The position numbers and the translations under genes are program-made. From NCBI RefSeq assembly GCF_963921235.1, contig NC_086126.1, forward strand, positions 16,368,001 to 16,432,000: 64,000 bases of DNA, in the 5' to 3' direction. Source of the stretch: Mobula hypostoma (Eukaryota). The notes under the pieces were generated by a model. The model was not told the DNA's origin, made no database searches, and worked only from the letters and a program-made list of their open reading frames with translations. Positions 1 to 12,880 of this stretch are shown one piece after another (position 1 is the stretch's first letter; the number at the start of each line of letters is the position of its first letter).

Positions 1-1250
1 AAGATCTAATTTTATTCTTACTCATAACTAAAAAAAATATAAGATCCCAAAATATTCACTGAGTCTTGGCTGTCTCCTGGTCTGGTTCATTTCCCAAAAC
101 TAATTCCCACATGTTCTCAACTCTGGTTGGGCTCGACATAATGTTTCAAACTTTCCTCAGATTCACTGAAGAAATCTTGCGCTTCTTAGTATTGAGCAAA
201 TTCCAGTCAATTCCAGGGAAGATAAAGTCCCCCCACTGGTTATTGTGGGGCCAGTGCAAACATCCCAATAGTGTAACTGCAGATTGCCTCTGTAAATGAA
301 CCTTCCAGTTTGCTGTGACATTCCCAGTGGGGTAACCTCTGCATCTTTTAACCCCCCCCTCCCACCCCCACTCACATGTAAAACAATCAAACCCAGGAAT
401 GTTGAGCTGCCAGCCCTGTCCGTCCGATAACATAAAACTCCTAATGTTGAAATAAACTCATTTCAGCCCATCAATCCCACCATGTTTATTAGCCTGACAT
501 TGGCTCTCGTTCTTTTCAGACCGTCTTGTCATACATACATTCTCCCACTTGCTACTCCAGTTCAAACTCTGCCAAGTGACACCATCAAACCTCCTGGTGA
601 AGATATTGGTTCCCGTCCGGTTCAAATGCAAATGGTCTTGTTTGTCCTGGTCTCCCTCCTGCCTGGACCACCCATTAATCCATGAATCTGAAAACCTCCC
701 TCCTGCATCAGTTCCTCAGCAACATATTAAACTGCGCGAAATATCGATTTCTCACCACACTAGCACATGGTTTTGGTCACAATTCCGCGATTACAATCCT
801 GGAAGACCTGCTTTTTTTTAACCAAGTTCTCTAAAATCACTGTGCAGCACTTAACATCCCTGCTCGTTTAAACCCTTCCGTGTAGCACGAAGAAGGCTCC
901 CCGGAAACATATTGGCTCCCCTCCTCCTTGGACCCGTCTCTCGTTTCCCTTGAGACCCAAAGATCCTTGTACCTGAAGAACCACCCACCTCACACCAGCT
1001 CCTCAGTCACCCCTTTACCTGGGCTTTAGAAGGCGCCAGAAGCGCGGTCTATATATCTGGTTATATATCCTGTTCCTGTATGTGACCAGTCTTTCATTTC
1101 CCTGACGACCCAGAGGAACAAATGTTCTAATGAATCAACCCTCTCATCACTGGAAGTGACTGCACCCTCGTCCACCAACTGCTGTGTGTGAGGGCGCTGA
1201 CACTGGTCGTGGGGCCGGGAGGGACAGACCGAGGTCCTTGGGGATTTGTA
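1..1250 (-). mobile_element. Decayed CR1 LINE remnant (ORF1 esterase end and ORF2 endonuclease start)
   Basis: Minus-strand ORF 146..433 contains GQGWQLNIPGFDCF and GDFIFPGIDW, CR1 APE-like motifs. 601-630 reads LHLNRTGTNI on the minus strand, like the ORF1 esterase end. Part of a block repeated at 1790-2597 and 31315-32800. Confidence 0.7.
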
Positions 1251-1261
1251 GAATGGAAAAG

Positions 1262-1580
1262 CACTTCCTATAATTTAAAGCAGGAGAATCGGCAAATTCC
1301 CAGAAATCCCCCAGTATGTACGTGGTGGGTGAGGGAGTTTTGTTTTTCGCTGGAGCGCTTTGTGTCGGATGAATCGTTGGAAATTGGCGGGTGTGGTAAA
1401 GTGAAGGCGGAGCTGGACGATGAGAGGCCGCTCTCGGCTCTGTCCGTCACTCTGACTCTGTCTCCTCCCCTCCCCGCCTCTGTCTCTCTGCGCGTTTCTC
1501 GGGCAGGTCGGGGCGCTGTGTATAAAGGGAGACAGCAGCAGTCAGTTTGTTACTGAGCAGCGACCTGAGTGAAACATCAC
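1262..1580 (+). pseudogene. Orphan histone H4 promoter and 5' UTR with no H4 coding sequence
   Basis: Near-identical to 2598-2918, including TATAAAG at 1521 and the leader GAGCAGCGACCTGAGTGAA. Similarity stops where the ATG should be. Confidence 0.85.
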
Positions 1581-1790
1581 TCATACCAACAATAAGAGAA
1601 AGACAACTCAGATTCGTAGGACACATCATGAGCAAATCTAGAGGAAGACCTCGGCTCATGTACGTCAAAAGTCTAGCTAGGGGGCTACACATCGAGGAAA
1701 TGGAAGTCATCCAAGAAAAAGGATAGATCTTTATGGAAAACCATGGTCACCAAAGTCCGCATCGGATATGGTACCTAGACAGACGGACAT
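1581..1790 (+). mobile_element. 3' fragment of an RTE-clade LINE
   Basis: Translates IRERQLRFVGHIM..RGRPRLMYVKSL..WKTMVTKVRIGYGT*, resembling the RTE ORF C-terminus. Followed by a short AGAC-type tail. Confidence 0.65.
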
Positions 1791-2597
1791 ATCTTATAGT
1801 CTATGTCACCACCTCACAAACCTGAAGCAACTTTGTCAAGCATGATCTGCCCACACAAAACCATGCTGATTGTCCTTAAGCAAGCCATGCCTTTCCAAAT
1901 GTGCATAAATCCTGTACCTCAATATGTAACTTGGATCTGGTCTTTAAACAAATGCCACATGTCAAATGTGGACTTGTCTGACAGTGGCTGCTCCCAATCA
2001 TTGCCCCTTGGCTTCTGTCTTACTTCGTCCTAACTTGCCCTCCTGCAATTTAGTACCTTCTTACAAGAGCTAATTTTATTCTTACTCATAACTAAGAAAA
2101 ATATAAGATCCCAAAACATTTACTGACTCTTGGCTGTCACCTGGTCTGGTTCATTTCCCAAAACTAATTCCCACATGTTCTCAACTCTGGTTGGGCTCTA
2201 CATAATGTTTCAAACATTCCTCAGATTCACTGAACAAATCTTGCACATCTTAGTATTAAGCAAGTTCCAGTCAATTTTATAAAAGATAAAGTCCCCCCAC
2301 TAGTTATTGTGGGGCCAATACAAACATCCCAACAGTGTAACTGCAGATTGCCTGGGTAAATGAACCCTCCAGTTTGCTGTGATATTCCCAGTGGGGTAAC
2401 CTCTACATTTTTAACCCCCCTCCCACCCGCATTCACATGTAAAACAATGAAACCCTGGAATGTTGAGCTGCCAGCCCTGTCCGTCCGATAACATAAAACT
2501 CCTATGTTGAAATAAACTCATTTCAGCCCATTGGTCCCACCATGTTTATTAGCCTGACCTTGGCTCTCGTTCTTTTCAGACTGTCTTGTCATACAGA
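1790..2597 (-). mobile_element. Decayed CR1 remnant co-duplicated with H4
   Basis: Matches 1-540 and the reverse complement of 31315-31950 and 32660-32800. Confidence 0.75.
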
Positions 2598-3230
<633 letters not shown>

Positions 3231-3263
3231 AAAACTCCCACCTCCTCCCGAGCACAAAACAAA

Positions 3264-3304
3264 GGCTCTTGTAAGAGCCACCCACCGCCTCACAGACGGA
3301 GCCG
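3264..3304 (+). terminator. Histone 3' stem-loop (non-consensus loop) and downstream element of H4
   Basis: GGCTCT-TGTA-AGAGCC at 3264-3279, then ACCCA and purine-rich AGACGGAGCCG. Confidence 0.9.
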
Positions 3305-3756
3305 TATCCACAGACTTCTAATTATTTTTTATCGATACATTCAATTGAGTTGCATTTGATACAGATTGATCGATTCCGCTTGAAACATACTGCAATTCTG
3401 CCTTTCCAGTCGGTGATTACCGCAAAACCTGCATTAGGATCGATCTTAATCCTCTATCAGTTTCGAACAGAAATCAGTTCACTCGTTTAGAGAACGATTC
3501 TGCAGTTGTGAATTTAAATCTTAACTGAGGAAATTAGATATTAAATTTTTTAAATGAAACTGAAATTGTATAATTCGTCATACAATTAATTGTAAATAAA
3601 ATGTCATCAAGTACCGTTGCCGGGTGGTCTTCAATTGCCGGGCGATTTTAAATTAATCCGGCGCCAATCACTCTGCATGAATGAAGTCCGACCGCCCGGC
3701 AAATTTTTATTTGTCGTAAATTTTTATTCGCCGCCAGCCTACCGGAAATGAATCAA

Positions 3757-3837
3757 CCAATCGCAGTAAGGAACCTTAATAGACACCTGGTTCAGCCAAT
3801 CAGAGGTGATGGGCGGACCCTTTCCAAACGTATAAAA
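3757..3837 (+). promoter_or_regulatory. Histone H3 promoter
   Basis: CCAAT at 3757 and 3796, GGGCGG at 3811, TATAAAA at 3831. Confidence 0.8.
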
Positions 3838-3901
3838 TCCTGTCCCGAAGCACGTTTCGTCTATCTTGTTCCTGTATTTCAGCCTGTGTTGTCGGTTCTG
3901 A

Positions 3902-4318
<417 letters not shown>

Positions 4319-4347
4319 ACCCGGCCTCCACACCAAGCACAACAAAA

Positions 4348-4388
4348 GGCTCTTTTAAGAGCCACTACCACAGCAAAGGAAAGGGCTG
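4348..4388 (+). terminator. Histone 3' stem-loop and HDE of H3
   Basis: GGCTCT-TTTA-AGAGCC at 4348-4363; AAAGGAAAGGGCTG at 4375-4388. Confidence 0.93.
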
Positions 4389-5190
4389 TCGCTTACTGAT
4401 TATTGTAGTGACGATCTGCCTTCCTGATGGGGTTGTTCGGTTTTGCATTAACTGACCGCGATCGTCAGCTGTTCTGTGCCGACAGGTTAATTCAGCGAGA
4501 GACAGGAGATGAACGCGCTCCCTCCCTGTCAGGGTCTCACCTGGTCCTTCACTTCTCCCACAAACCTGCCATGTACCGCTGGTTCGGCTGTTCCGTTTTG
4601 TTTGCTTTGGACATGCCCGGCTGTCCTTGGAGTGGGAGCATGAGGTCGCGATGGGTAGAGAGGGGAATTTCCGAGAGCGGTGACCCCAAGGCAGTATTTA
4701 TTGTTTTTTTTAATTTGATTTCACTCTCCAGTACATATTTAATGTTGGTGTTTTGTGTGAATAAACTTAAGTAGTTTTGTGGCTGGTAACTGAATAAAGG
4801 TCAGTCAGCAATGTCACCGGGTAGTTTATCATATATCTTCCCCCTACAGTCCACCCCCAGAGACAGATCCCTCTCTCAAGACGCCCCCTCCCCTCTCACA
4901 TAGGTTTCAGCAGTTCCCAATCAACTCAGCTGAATCGGGTTTTGGGATGCGAGGTGCGGAATCTCCGTCACGCTCTCCTGGAGCGGGAGAAGGAACTGGG
5001 CCTGCAGACCACCCCACCGGTCTCACTCTCTCACACACACAGCCCGAGTGAAACACAGTGTTTCACTTCAAATCTGGGACGTCACGGCCGCTCTGAATGT
5101 CAGAGAGGTACCGGGAATATCGGGTTTTATGCGAGAAGTTCCCCCGCAAAACTCAGTCGGACCCGCAGCGGGAATCACAATATTCATGAT

Positions 5191-5229
5191 CAGCTCTTTT
5201 CTGAGATGTGGGTGGCTCTGAGAAGAGCC
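5191..5229 (-). terminator. Histone 3' stem-loop and HDE of H1
   Basis: Minus strand GGCTCT-TCTC-AGAGCC (5229-5214), ACCCA, then AAAAGAGCTG (5200-5191). Confidence 0.95.
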
Positions 5230-5265
5230 GTTGGGTTCAAACACTTACGAACGGTATATCTGAAT

Positions 5266-5916
5266 TCACTTTTTGCCTGCTGTCTTCTTGGCCGCCTTCT
5301 TCTTCGGGGCTGCGAGTTTCTTGGGGCTCTTTGGCTTCGACGCCGCTGGTTTCTTCGCTGCCGCCTTTTTAGCCGCTGGTTTCTTAGCTGCCGCCTTTTT
5401 AGCTGCTGGTTTCTTAGCTGCCGCCTTTTTAGCCGCTGGTTTCTTAGTTGCTGTTTTCTTAGCTGCTGGTTTCTTCGCTGCCGCTTTCTTCGCCGCTGGG
5501 TTCTTGGCGCCAGACTTCTTGCTGGGAGATTTCTTGATGGCAGATTTCTTTACCGATGGCTTGTTCGCTTTCTTCACCGCTTTCACGGCACTTTTTCCTT
5601 GACCGGATTTAAAGGATCCCGAAAGACCCGCGCCCTTGGTCTGAACCAAGGAGCCGCTTTCCACTCTCTTCTTGATGCACATCCTGATCTGGGCGCGACG
5701 TTTCCCTACATCGACACCGCTGCTGGTCAGAGCCTTCATGATGGCCACAGCGGACATCCCCTTCCTATCGCGACAATCCGCCACAATCTTATCGATTTGT
5801 TCGCCCAGCTTGGGACCGGCTGGTTTGCTCCGGCCGGCCGCCTTCTTCTTGGGAGTCTTCTTTGCGGCGGCGGGTGCGGCTGGAGGAGCCGTTTCGGCGG
5901 GTGCTGTCTCGGTCAT
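5266..5916 (-). CDS. H1: Linker histone H1 (divergent globular domain)
   Basis: 216 aa. N-terminus MTETAPAETAP, globular motif LVQTKGAGLSGSFK, K/A/P-rich tail; stem-loop downstream. Confidence 0.96.
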   Translation of the reverse strand: MTETAPAETAPPAAPAAAKKTPKKKAAGRSKPAGPKLGEQIDKIVADCRDRKGMSAVAIMKALTSSGVDVGKRRAQIRMCIKKRVESGSLVQTKGAGLSGSFKSGQGKSAVKAVKKANKPSVKKSAIKKSPSKKSGAKNPAAKKAAAKKPAAKKTATKKPAAKKAAAKKPAAKKAAAKKPAAKKAAAKKPAASKPKSPKKLAAPKKKAAKKTAGKK

Positions 5917-5988
5917 GTCGGCGACTCTGGAAAATGCTTCTCACAATCAGACTGAATGAGAACTGAAGCGAAAGGCGGGCACAGAGCA

Positions 5989-6061
5989 ATTTAAAGACAG
6001 CGAGCGGACGGGGCGGAGACATCCTGCTGTCAGCTCCCGGAGACTGCATTTTTCTGTGTTT
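5989..6061 (-). promoter_or_regulatory. Histone H1 promoter (H1/AC box, GC box, TATA-like)
   Basis: AAACACA on the minus strand at 6061-6055, GGGGCGG at 6010-6016, TTTAAAT near 5989-5995. Confidence 0.7.
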
Positions 6062-6456
6062 CTCTCTCCTCAAAAACGCTCCGATTCCAATTAAAATCGG
6101 ACACTCTGGAGACTCAGACTGGTCCCTGTCCGTCCCTGAGGCCGGAAAGTTCGCTGGAAAGAGAGTTTAATCGGGATTAAAGGCAGCACTTTCTATTTTA
6201 ACCCGTTTCATTACTGCACTGCCCGCGATCTCTCTCCATTTTGTTGACCTGTTCTCTGCTTTTCGGCTGAAATTTTGAAACTAACTAAAACTTTGCGGTT
6301 AATTCCCGCTTCGGGACTGAGCTGGGGAGTGGGACCATCCCGTAACAGAGAAATCTTTTCATTTTGTACAGGAGGCGCTGGGAAATCCGGCGATGTGTTC
6401 GGACCCACAAACACAGTGATACTCGTCTAATCCGCCCGCCGCTTTAAAACACTCTC

Positions 6457-6620
6457 TCTGAATCAGCAAGTCAGGCAGCATCAATGGTGAGAATAAACAG
6501 TGGACATTTCGGGCCGAGACCCTTCATCAGGACTCTGGTAGGATATGCTGCCTGACTTGCTGGGTTCCTCCAGCATTTTGGCCGCGTTGTTCGCCATTCC
6601 CAGAATCTCCTGTCGTTATG
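6457..6620. mobile_element. Fold-back Penelope-derived terminal element (older subfamily) with hammerhead motif
   Basis: Arms CAGCAAGTCAGGCAGCAT / ATGCTGCCTGACTTGCTG. Minus strand carries CTGATGA-A-GGG-TCTCGG-CCC-GAAATGTC at 6534-6499. Confidence 0.75.
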
Positions 6621-6789
6621 CTGACACAGTGTTCACATCTGCACCTTCAGAGGCCTGTACTGCTGTCAGAATAAAACGACAGGTTCCTCGTCATATAACA
6701 CGGTGATAAATCTGATTCTGATTCCAGGGAATAAAGGACAAAGGACATTGTCTGGCCAAACTGACTGTAACTGAGAACCTCGGGTCCCG

Positions 6790-8880
6790 GAAATATACCT
6801 TGGAAATCTTGTCTACACTTTCCCCAGTTTAACCACGTTTCCTATAATGGTGACAAGAGCTGTATACAAATCGGCAAGTGTGTCCTCCAGTCATTTACAC
6901 AACTGTGACATAATGTCACAACTGATATACTCTATCCCCTGACTAATGAACGCCAGCATGTTAAACCCCGTTCTTCACCACCCTGTCTACCAGTGACACA
7001 ACTTTCAATGAACTGTGTGTGCACTTTACCCCTGAATCTCTCCGGCCCATTCCACTCCCCAATGACCGATCATTCATAGTGTAAGTTCTACACTGGTTTG
7101 ACTTTCCAATATGCACCGCCTCACACTTATCTGTATTGAAATGCATTTGCCACACTTGGCCCTCTTCTCTAAATGATCACGTCACCCTGTAATCCGCGCC
7201 ATCCTTCCAAGTAAAGTTCAGGGAAGTTACTCCAACTCATTAATAAAACTTTTGTGCACTGGCATTGATCAGTGAAGGTGATTAGTATCAAATTCAAAAT
7301 CATGTTCATTCACGGACATATGTCATTAACTTCGTTGTTTTGCTACAGCAGTACAGAGCAATTTCTTAAAAAAAAACAGTCAAAATAAGAAATACAGAAT
7401 AAACTAAATCGTGTAAAAAGAGGATCAGGGAGGGGTGTGAGTCCGAAGATGAGAATAGGAAACCAAAAACCTTGTCCATTCTTGCCTCTCTTTTACTCTT
7501 CATATATCTGAAAATAAATCTTTTTGTATGTTGTTTCTATTATTGGCCAGTTACTTTCATAATTTATCTGACTTCTTTATATTGTTATTATAGTTGCGCT
7601 CTGTTTTTTTAAAGTTTCATAATCCTTTAGCTTCCCATTAAATTTGATGATATTCTTTGCCCTCTCAAGTTCTTTTATGCTGCCTTTGTCTTCTGTTGTT
7701 AGTGATGGTTGCCTCATCCTCCCTTTTAAATACTGTTTCTGCTGAGGGATGAACCGATCCTGTTTCTGCCAAATTTCTCCTGGAGACTGAAACTTTTCAT
7801 ACAAGGTAATATGAGGAAGTTGAAATGCCCAACTGCTGTAAGCTTGTTCCCATTACCCCTCTGTGTGATTTACTAATATGTCTGCTGCACAATATCTGAG
7901 CCGATTGGGAGGCCGGCAGTATAATGCCATCAAAATCATCATTCATCATTTTATTTAAAACCTATACTTACAAGACCTCATCAAAACCCCTCTTATTACT
8001 GAAGTGTTGGTCTCCTTAATCAAAGATGCAACATCCCCCACCCATAAGGTAGCTTTTAAATGTTTCCCCTTCACCTTAAACAATTACCCTGTAAATTTAG
8101 GCTTCCCTACCCTACAAAAAGAGTGCTCACCTACTGATTTTGTAAACCTCTGGACGGTCACCAGACAGCTCCTTACTCTCTCAGGAGAGAGAAAGAGAGT
8201 CCCAGTCTGTCCAGCTTCTGCTGATAATTAAAGTCCTCCAGTGTCAGTAACATCCTCATCAAACTTCCCTCCACACTTGCCAGCTTCATGACATCTTTCC
8301 TGCAACTGGATGACCAGAACTGTGCAAAATACAGCCTGGTCTCACTTTGACTTTTACAGCTGTCATATGGCATCCCAAATTCTCTACTCAGTTCCCTGAT
8401 CAATGAAGACAAATAGGCCAAACACCACCTTCACCATCCTGACTACCTGTGTTGTCACTTTCAGTGAATGATGTTTCTGTATTTCATGGACCCTCTTCTG
8501 TAATACTCTCCAAGGGACAAGAATTTACTGTGCAGATCCTTCCCTGGTTAAACTTCTCATAATGCAACACCTCAAATTTGTCCACGTCAATATCCTTCTG
8601 CCATTCTTTGGCCGACTTCCCCAGTTAATCTCCATCCTATTGTACTCTCACACAATCTTCACAGTCCACACTACCACCAACATTGCTGTCATCTGCAAAC
8701 TCACTGTCACCACAATGTCAGAGAAATTGTTAACATCGATGACAACTGACAATACCAGCACCGATCCCTGTGAATGTCACTGGTCAGAGGCCTCCAACCT
8801 GAATAACAAGCTGCCATGACCACCTTCTGTCTCCTTCCATCAAGACAAGTATCTTGTCTGGCATCCCCTCTGTTCTAAAT
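6790..8880 (-). mobile_element. Several decayed CR1 LINE fragments
   Basis: Minus-strand ORFs WQMHFNTDKCEAVHIGKSN (6961..7155) and LYFAQFWSSSCRKDVMKL (8173..8421) are CR1 RT C-terminal motifs. Confidence 0.7.
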
Positions 8881-9349
8881 GTGTAATACAAAAGAAATAA
8901 AGATTAAATCAAAATATATCTACCTATGGCCTACATCTCTCAGAAGAAACGAAACCTCAACTCCCCACTCCAATTCTGGCCCACTCATACAATGACTGCT
9001 CTGGTTAAGTCTAACTTCTTTTTATTGGATCTTGCCGCGTTCCGAATTATGGGCAATCCAACATTTCCTTGGGAACTGTGACATGCAAAATGTGCCAACT
9101 GCTCATGTTCTCTTCATTCAAACCCCCTCTCCCTTTACATAATCTGATGACTGTGTGGGACTGTGGCACTCAAAACTGTGGACTGCAGGAAACCAAAGTA
9201 CACGCCTGCACTGTTCTACAAGGCCACAAATGATTAAAAAAACACTGTATAACAAACACTGGAATTCCCCAACTGAGATGAATGGGGAGGCTGGATAACT
9301 GAAAAGATTCAAAGAGAAGGAAGATAAATGTTTTGTAAAATCAGGGAAG

Positions 9350-12230
9350 TGGGATTGACATACAAGGAAGGCTGATGGCAGGTCAGCCTTTATATGGAAT
9401 TGTGGGTGAGGGACTAAGAGGACACACTGGAGGTTTCATCCAGTGTGACAATGTGGATAGAGCTCAGGATAAGAGAGGTGCATTCACTGATGGGGTTATA
9501 TCACAGGCCTCCCAAATGCCAGAAGGAGATAAAGGAACAGAAATGTAGCAGGTAATGAAATATGTAAAAGCAACAGGGTAGTTGTATTGGGTGACTAATT
9601 TCCCCAATATTGACTGGGACTCCCTTAGAGTCAGGGGCTCAGATATCACCAAATATGTTAGAAGAATACTGGGATGTTACTTAACATAGAAGTGGATAGT
9701 CTAACCCGGGAAGGGGGTCAGAGAAAACATTGTATTGGGAAATGAGCCTGGCCATTAATAGAAGTTTCATTTTGGGAACAGTAAATAAGGACAGACTGGA
9801 CCTGGTGGTAATGTGGTCATTTGGGGTACAATTCATTGCAACTGTCTACATTGAACATGTAAATGATGTTTAAGAGCAATCAGGTCAGAATTCAGACAGA
9901 ACTGTTTCTATGAGGAGGAAACACAAGGATGGTAAAGTCTGGCAGAGGGGCATAGTGAGAGATGTTATGAATTCAGACTGAAAGAAAATGAAGAATAAGG
10001 AATATTTCAGAAGTAGAAATTGGAGAAGGCCTCTGGCAACATGAAACAAGTAAGACAGAAGTTAGAGAGAGAATCAGAAGTGTGAAGCGGGAAGAAGAAA
10101 TAACTTTGGTGAGAAGGGGCACTGCGGAGAGGGTACGACAACACAAGCACAGAGGAGGGGTTTATGTCTGAAGTGTGCGAGCGACTAAACCTGTACTTCT
10201 CATCAGTATTCATCAATGTGGTCATGGAGGATAGTGAGATCAGAGAAGAGAATGCTGATATTTCAGGGCATGTTGTTCCTCAGGCAATAGAGACAAATTA
10301 TAGATTGGTGAGTCTTGGATCAATGCTCGGGAAATTATTCGAGAATATTATTAGAGATAGGATCTCTAATAAAAGTTAGGAGGGTAAAAGGAGGATATCA
10401 TGATTCAGAAGGCAAAGTGAGCAAAATCCAAGAGATTCTCTTGGTATATTCATAGGAAAAGTTAAGTTAGACACAGAATCGTTCCCCTTGGAGGTGAACA
10501 TGGCCATCTGTGTGTGGAGGCAAATGAAATAGGAGAGGCTTTCCATGAATATTTTCGACAGTTATTTCACCATTGCAAAAATTCTTTAATGTTGTTAAAT
10601 CTCCAGGGCCTGATCAGGTACATTCTTGTACTTTGTGGGAAGCTGGAGAATACACTGTGGAGGCCAGGGGAGAGATTATTTTGCTTCATCTCAGGCACCA
10701 GTTGAGGTTGCACATGATTGGACAGGGTGAGCAATGTGGAATTGATAGTTTTGAGGCCAAGACTGTGGATGATATGAAGAGGCAGGCAGTGTTGAGGAAG
10801 CAGGGAGTCTGCAGTAGCACTTGGACAGATTTGGAGAATGGAGAAGGAAGTGCCAGATGAAATACAGTGTAATGAAGTGTGTGGTCATGTACTCTGGTAG
10901 GAGGAATAACAGCCTAGGCTCTTTCTAATCAGGGAGAGAACAGAAATCAGTTGTGCAAAGGGTCTTAGTGCACGATTCCCTAAAGGTTAATGTACACATT
11001 GAGTTGGTAGTGAGGAAGGCAAATGTAATACTTGCATGCATTTCAAGAGAACTAGAAAATAAAAACAAGGATCTAATGCTGAGGCTTTGGTCAGACCTCG
11101 TTTGGAGTATCATGAGCAGGGTTGGGTCACTTTTCTAAGAAAGGATGTGCTGGCATTGCAGAGGCTGTAGTGGAAATTCACGAGAATGATCCCAGGACTG
11201 AAAGAGTTAGGATATAATAATCATTTGATGATCTGGGCCTGTACTCACTGGAGTCTAGAAGAATGAGGGAGAATCTTATAGAAACACATTGAATATTGAA
11301 CGGCCTAGATAGCGTTGATGTGAGAGGATGTTTCCAATAATGGAGGAATCTAGAACCAAACCACACCCTGAATAAAAGGTGCCCCTCTAGAATAGAGATG
11401 AGTAATTTCTTTAGTCAGAAGGTGATGAATCAATGGATTTCATTTCCACAGGCAACCATAAAGGCAGTCAGTAGGTTTATTTAAAGCCGAGATTAGTAGA
11501 TTTTTAATTATTATTAAGGGTATCAAAGTTTATGGGTAGAAGGCAGGAGAATGGGGTTGAGAGGGATATATGATGGAATGGCAGAACAGACTGAATGGGC
11601 CAAAAGGCCTAATCCTGCTCCTATGACTTCAGGACTGATGGTTAATGCGGTGCCATTGTTTAAAAAGGGTAGTGGAAGCTACAGGCCCATCACTCTGTAA
11701 TTTGTTGTAGGGGTTTCTGAAGAATGGGATCTACCAACATTTGGTTTGATTCAAGACAGTCAGCACAGTTTTGGGCAAGGGAAATCAAGGCAAATTTCTT
11801 GAAGCTCTTTGAGGAGTTTCACAAGGACGTAGATGAGGTTAGGCCTGTGGATGTTGTCTGTATGGACATTGGCCAGGCCTTTGACTATAGTCTGGAAGGT
11901 TAGATCTAGAAAACGGAATCTGGGGAGATAGTTGATTGATTTCATAATTCCCTCTGTGACAGGAGGCAGAGGCTGATGGTTGAGGGTTGTGTCTCAGACT
12001 GGAGCTGTCTGTCTAGTGATGTGCCACTGGGTGGTGGGACCTTTGTTGTTTGTAATTTATATAAATAATGTCCATGTGAATGTATAATTCACTGAAAGTG
12101 ACATCTCAGCTAGATACGGTGGTGAAGATGGGGTTTGATCTGCCAGCCTTCATCATTCATGTCACTGAGTACAAGAGCTGAGAAGAAGTGTTGCAGATAC
12201 ACAAGTCTTTGGTGAGGACTGATTAAAGGA
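9350..12230 (+). mobile_element. Decayed, nested CR1 ORF2 fragments
   Basis: NYRLVSLGSMLGKLFENIIRDRI, KSPGPDQVH, VVRKANVILACISRELE. A CR1 3' end occurs near 11600-11630. Confidence 0.7.
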
Positions 12231-12880
12231 AACCATGCTGATGTTGGCCTATTTTTTCATGTGTTGCCAAGTACCCGAAAATACATCCTTGACAATTGAC
12301 TCCATCATCTTCCCAAACACTGAGATCGGACGAGCTGGCCTATGATTTGCTTTCTTCTGCTTCCCCCTCTTCTTTAAGAGTGGATGACCTTTGCAATCTT
12401 CCTGTTCTCTGGAACCACACCAGAATCCAGAATTTATGGAAAGATTATTACTGCCACAATCTCTTCAGCCACATCTTTCATAGCACCGGTGTAGATAATC
12501 TGGTCCAGGTGAATTATCTAACCTCAGAACTTTCAGTTTTCCAAGGACCATCTCCCTAGTAAAGGCAAAATCTCTCATTTCTGCCCCCTGATTCTCTCGA
12601 ATTTCCAGCAGACTGCTGATGACTTCGCCAGTGAAGACCGATGCACAATACTTATTCAGTTTGTCTGCCATTTTCCTGTACCCCATTACTACCTCTCCAG
12701 TAACAACTTCCAATGAACCAATATCTACTGTTGCCTCTCTTTTACACTTTCTATATCTGAAGTAACTTCTGGTAACCTCTTTAATACCAGTGGCTCGCTT
12801 ACCTTCGTATTCCAAATTTTTCCTCTCTTTATGACTTTTCTCGTTGCCTTTTGTTGGTTTTAAAAGTTGTAAATCCTCTG
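12230..12880 (-). mobile_element. CR1 ORF2 fragment
   Basis: ORF 12465..12815: MADKLNKYCASVFT...DNSPGPDYLH. Confidence 0.7.

Noticed and set aside
4760-4798. Two AATAAA ~400 bp downstream of the H3 stem-loop (polyadenylated isoform)
   Set aside because: AT-rich context makes chance occurrence likely; needs 3'-end data.
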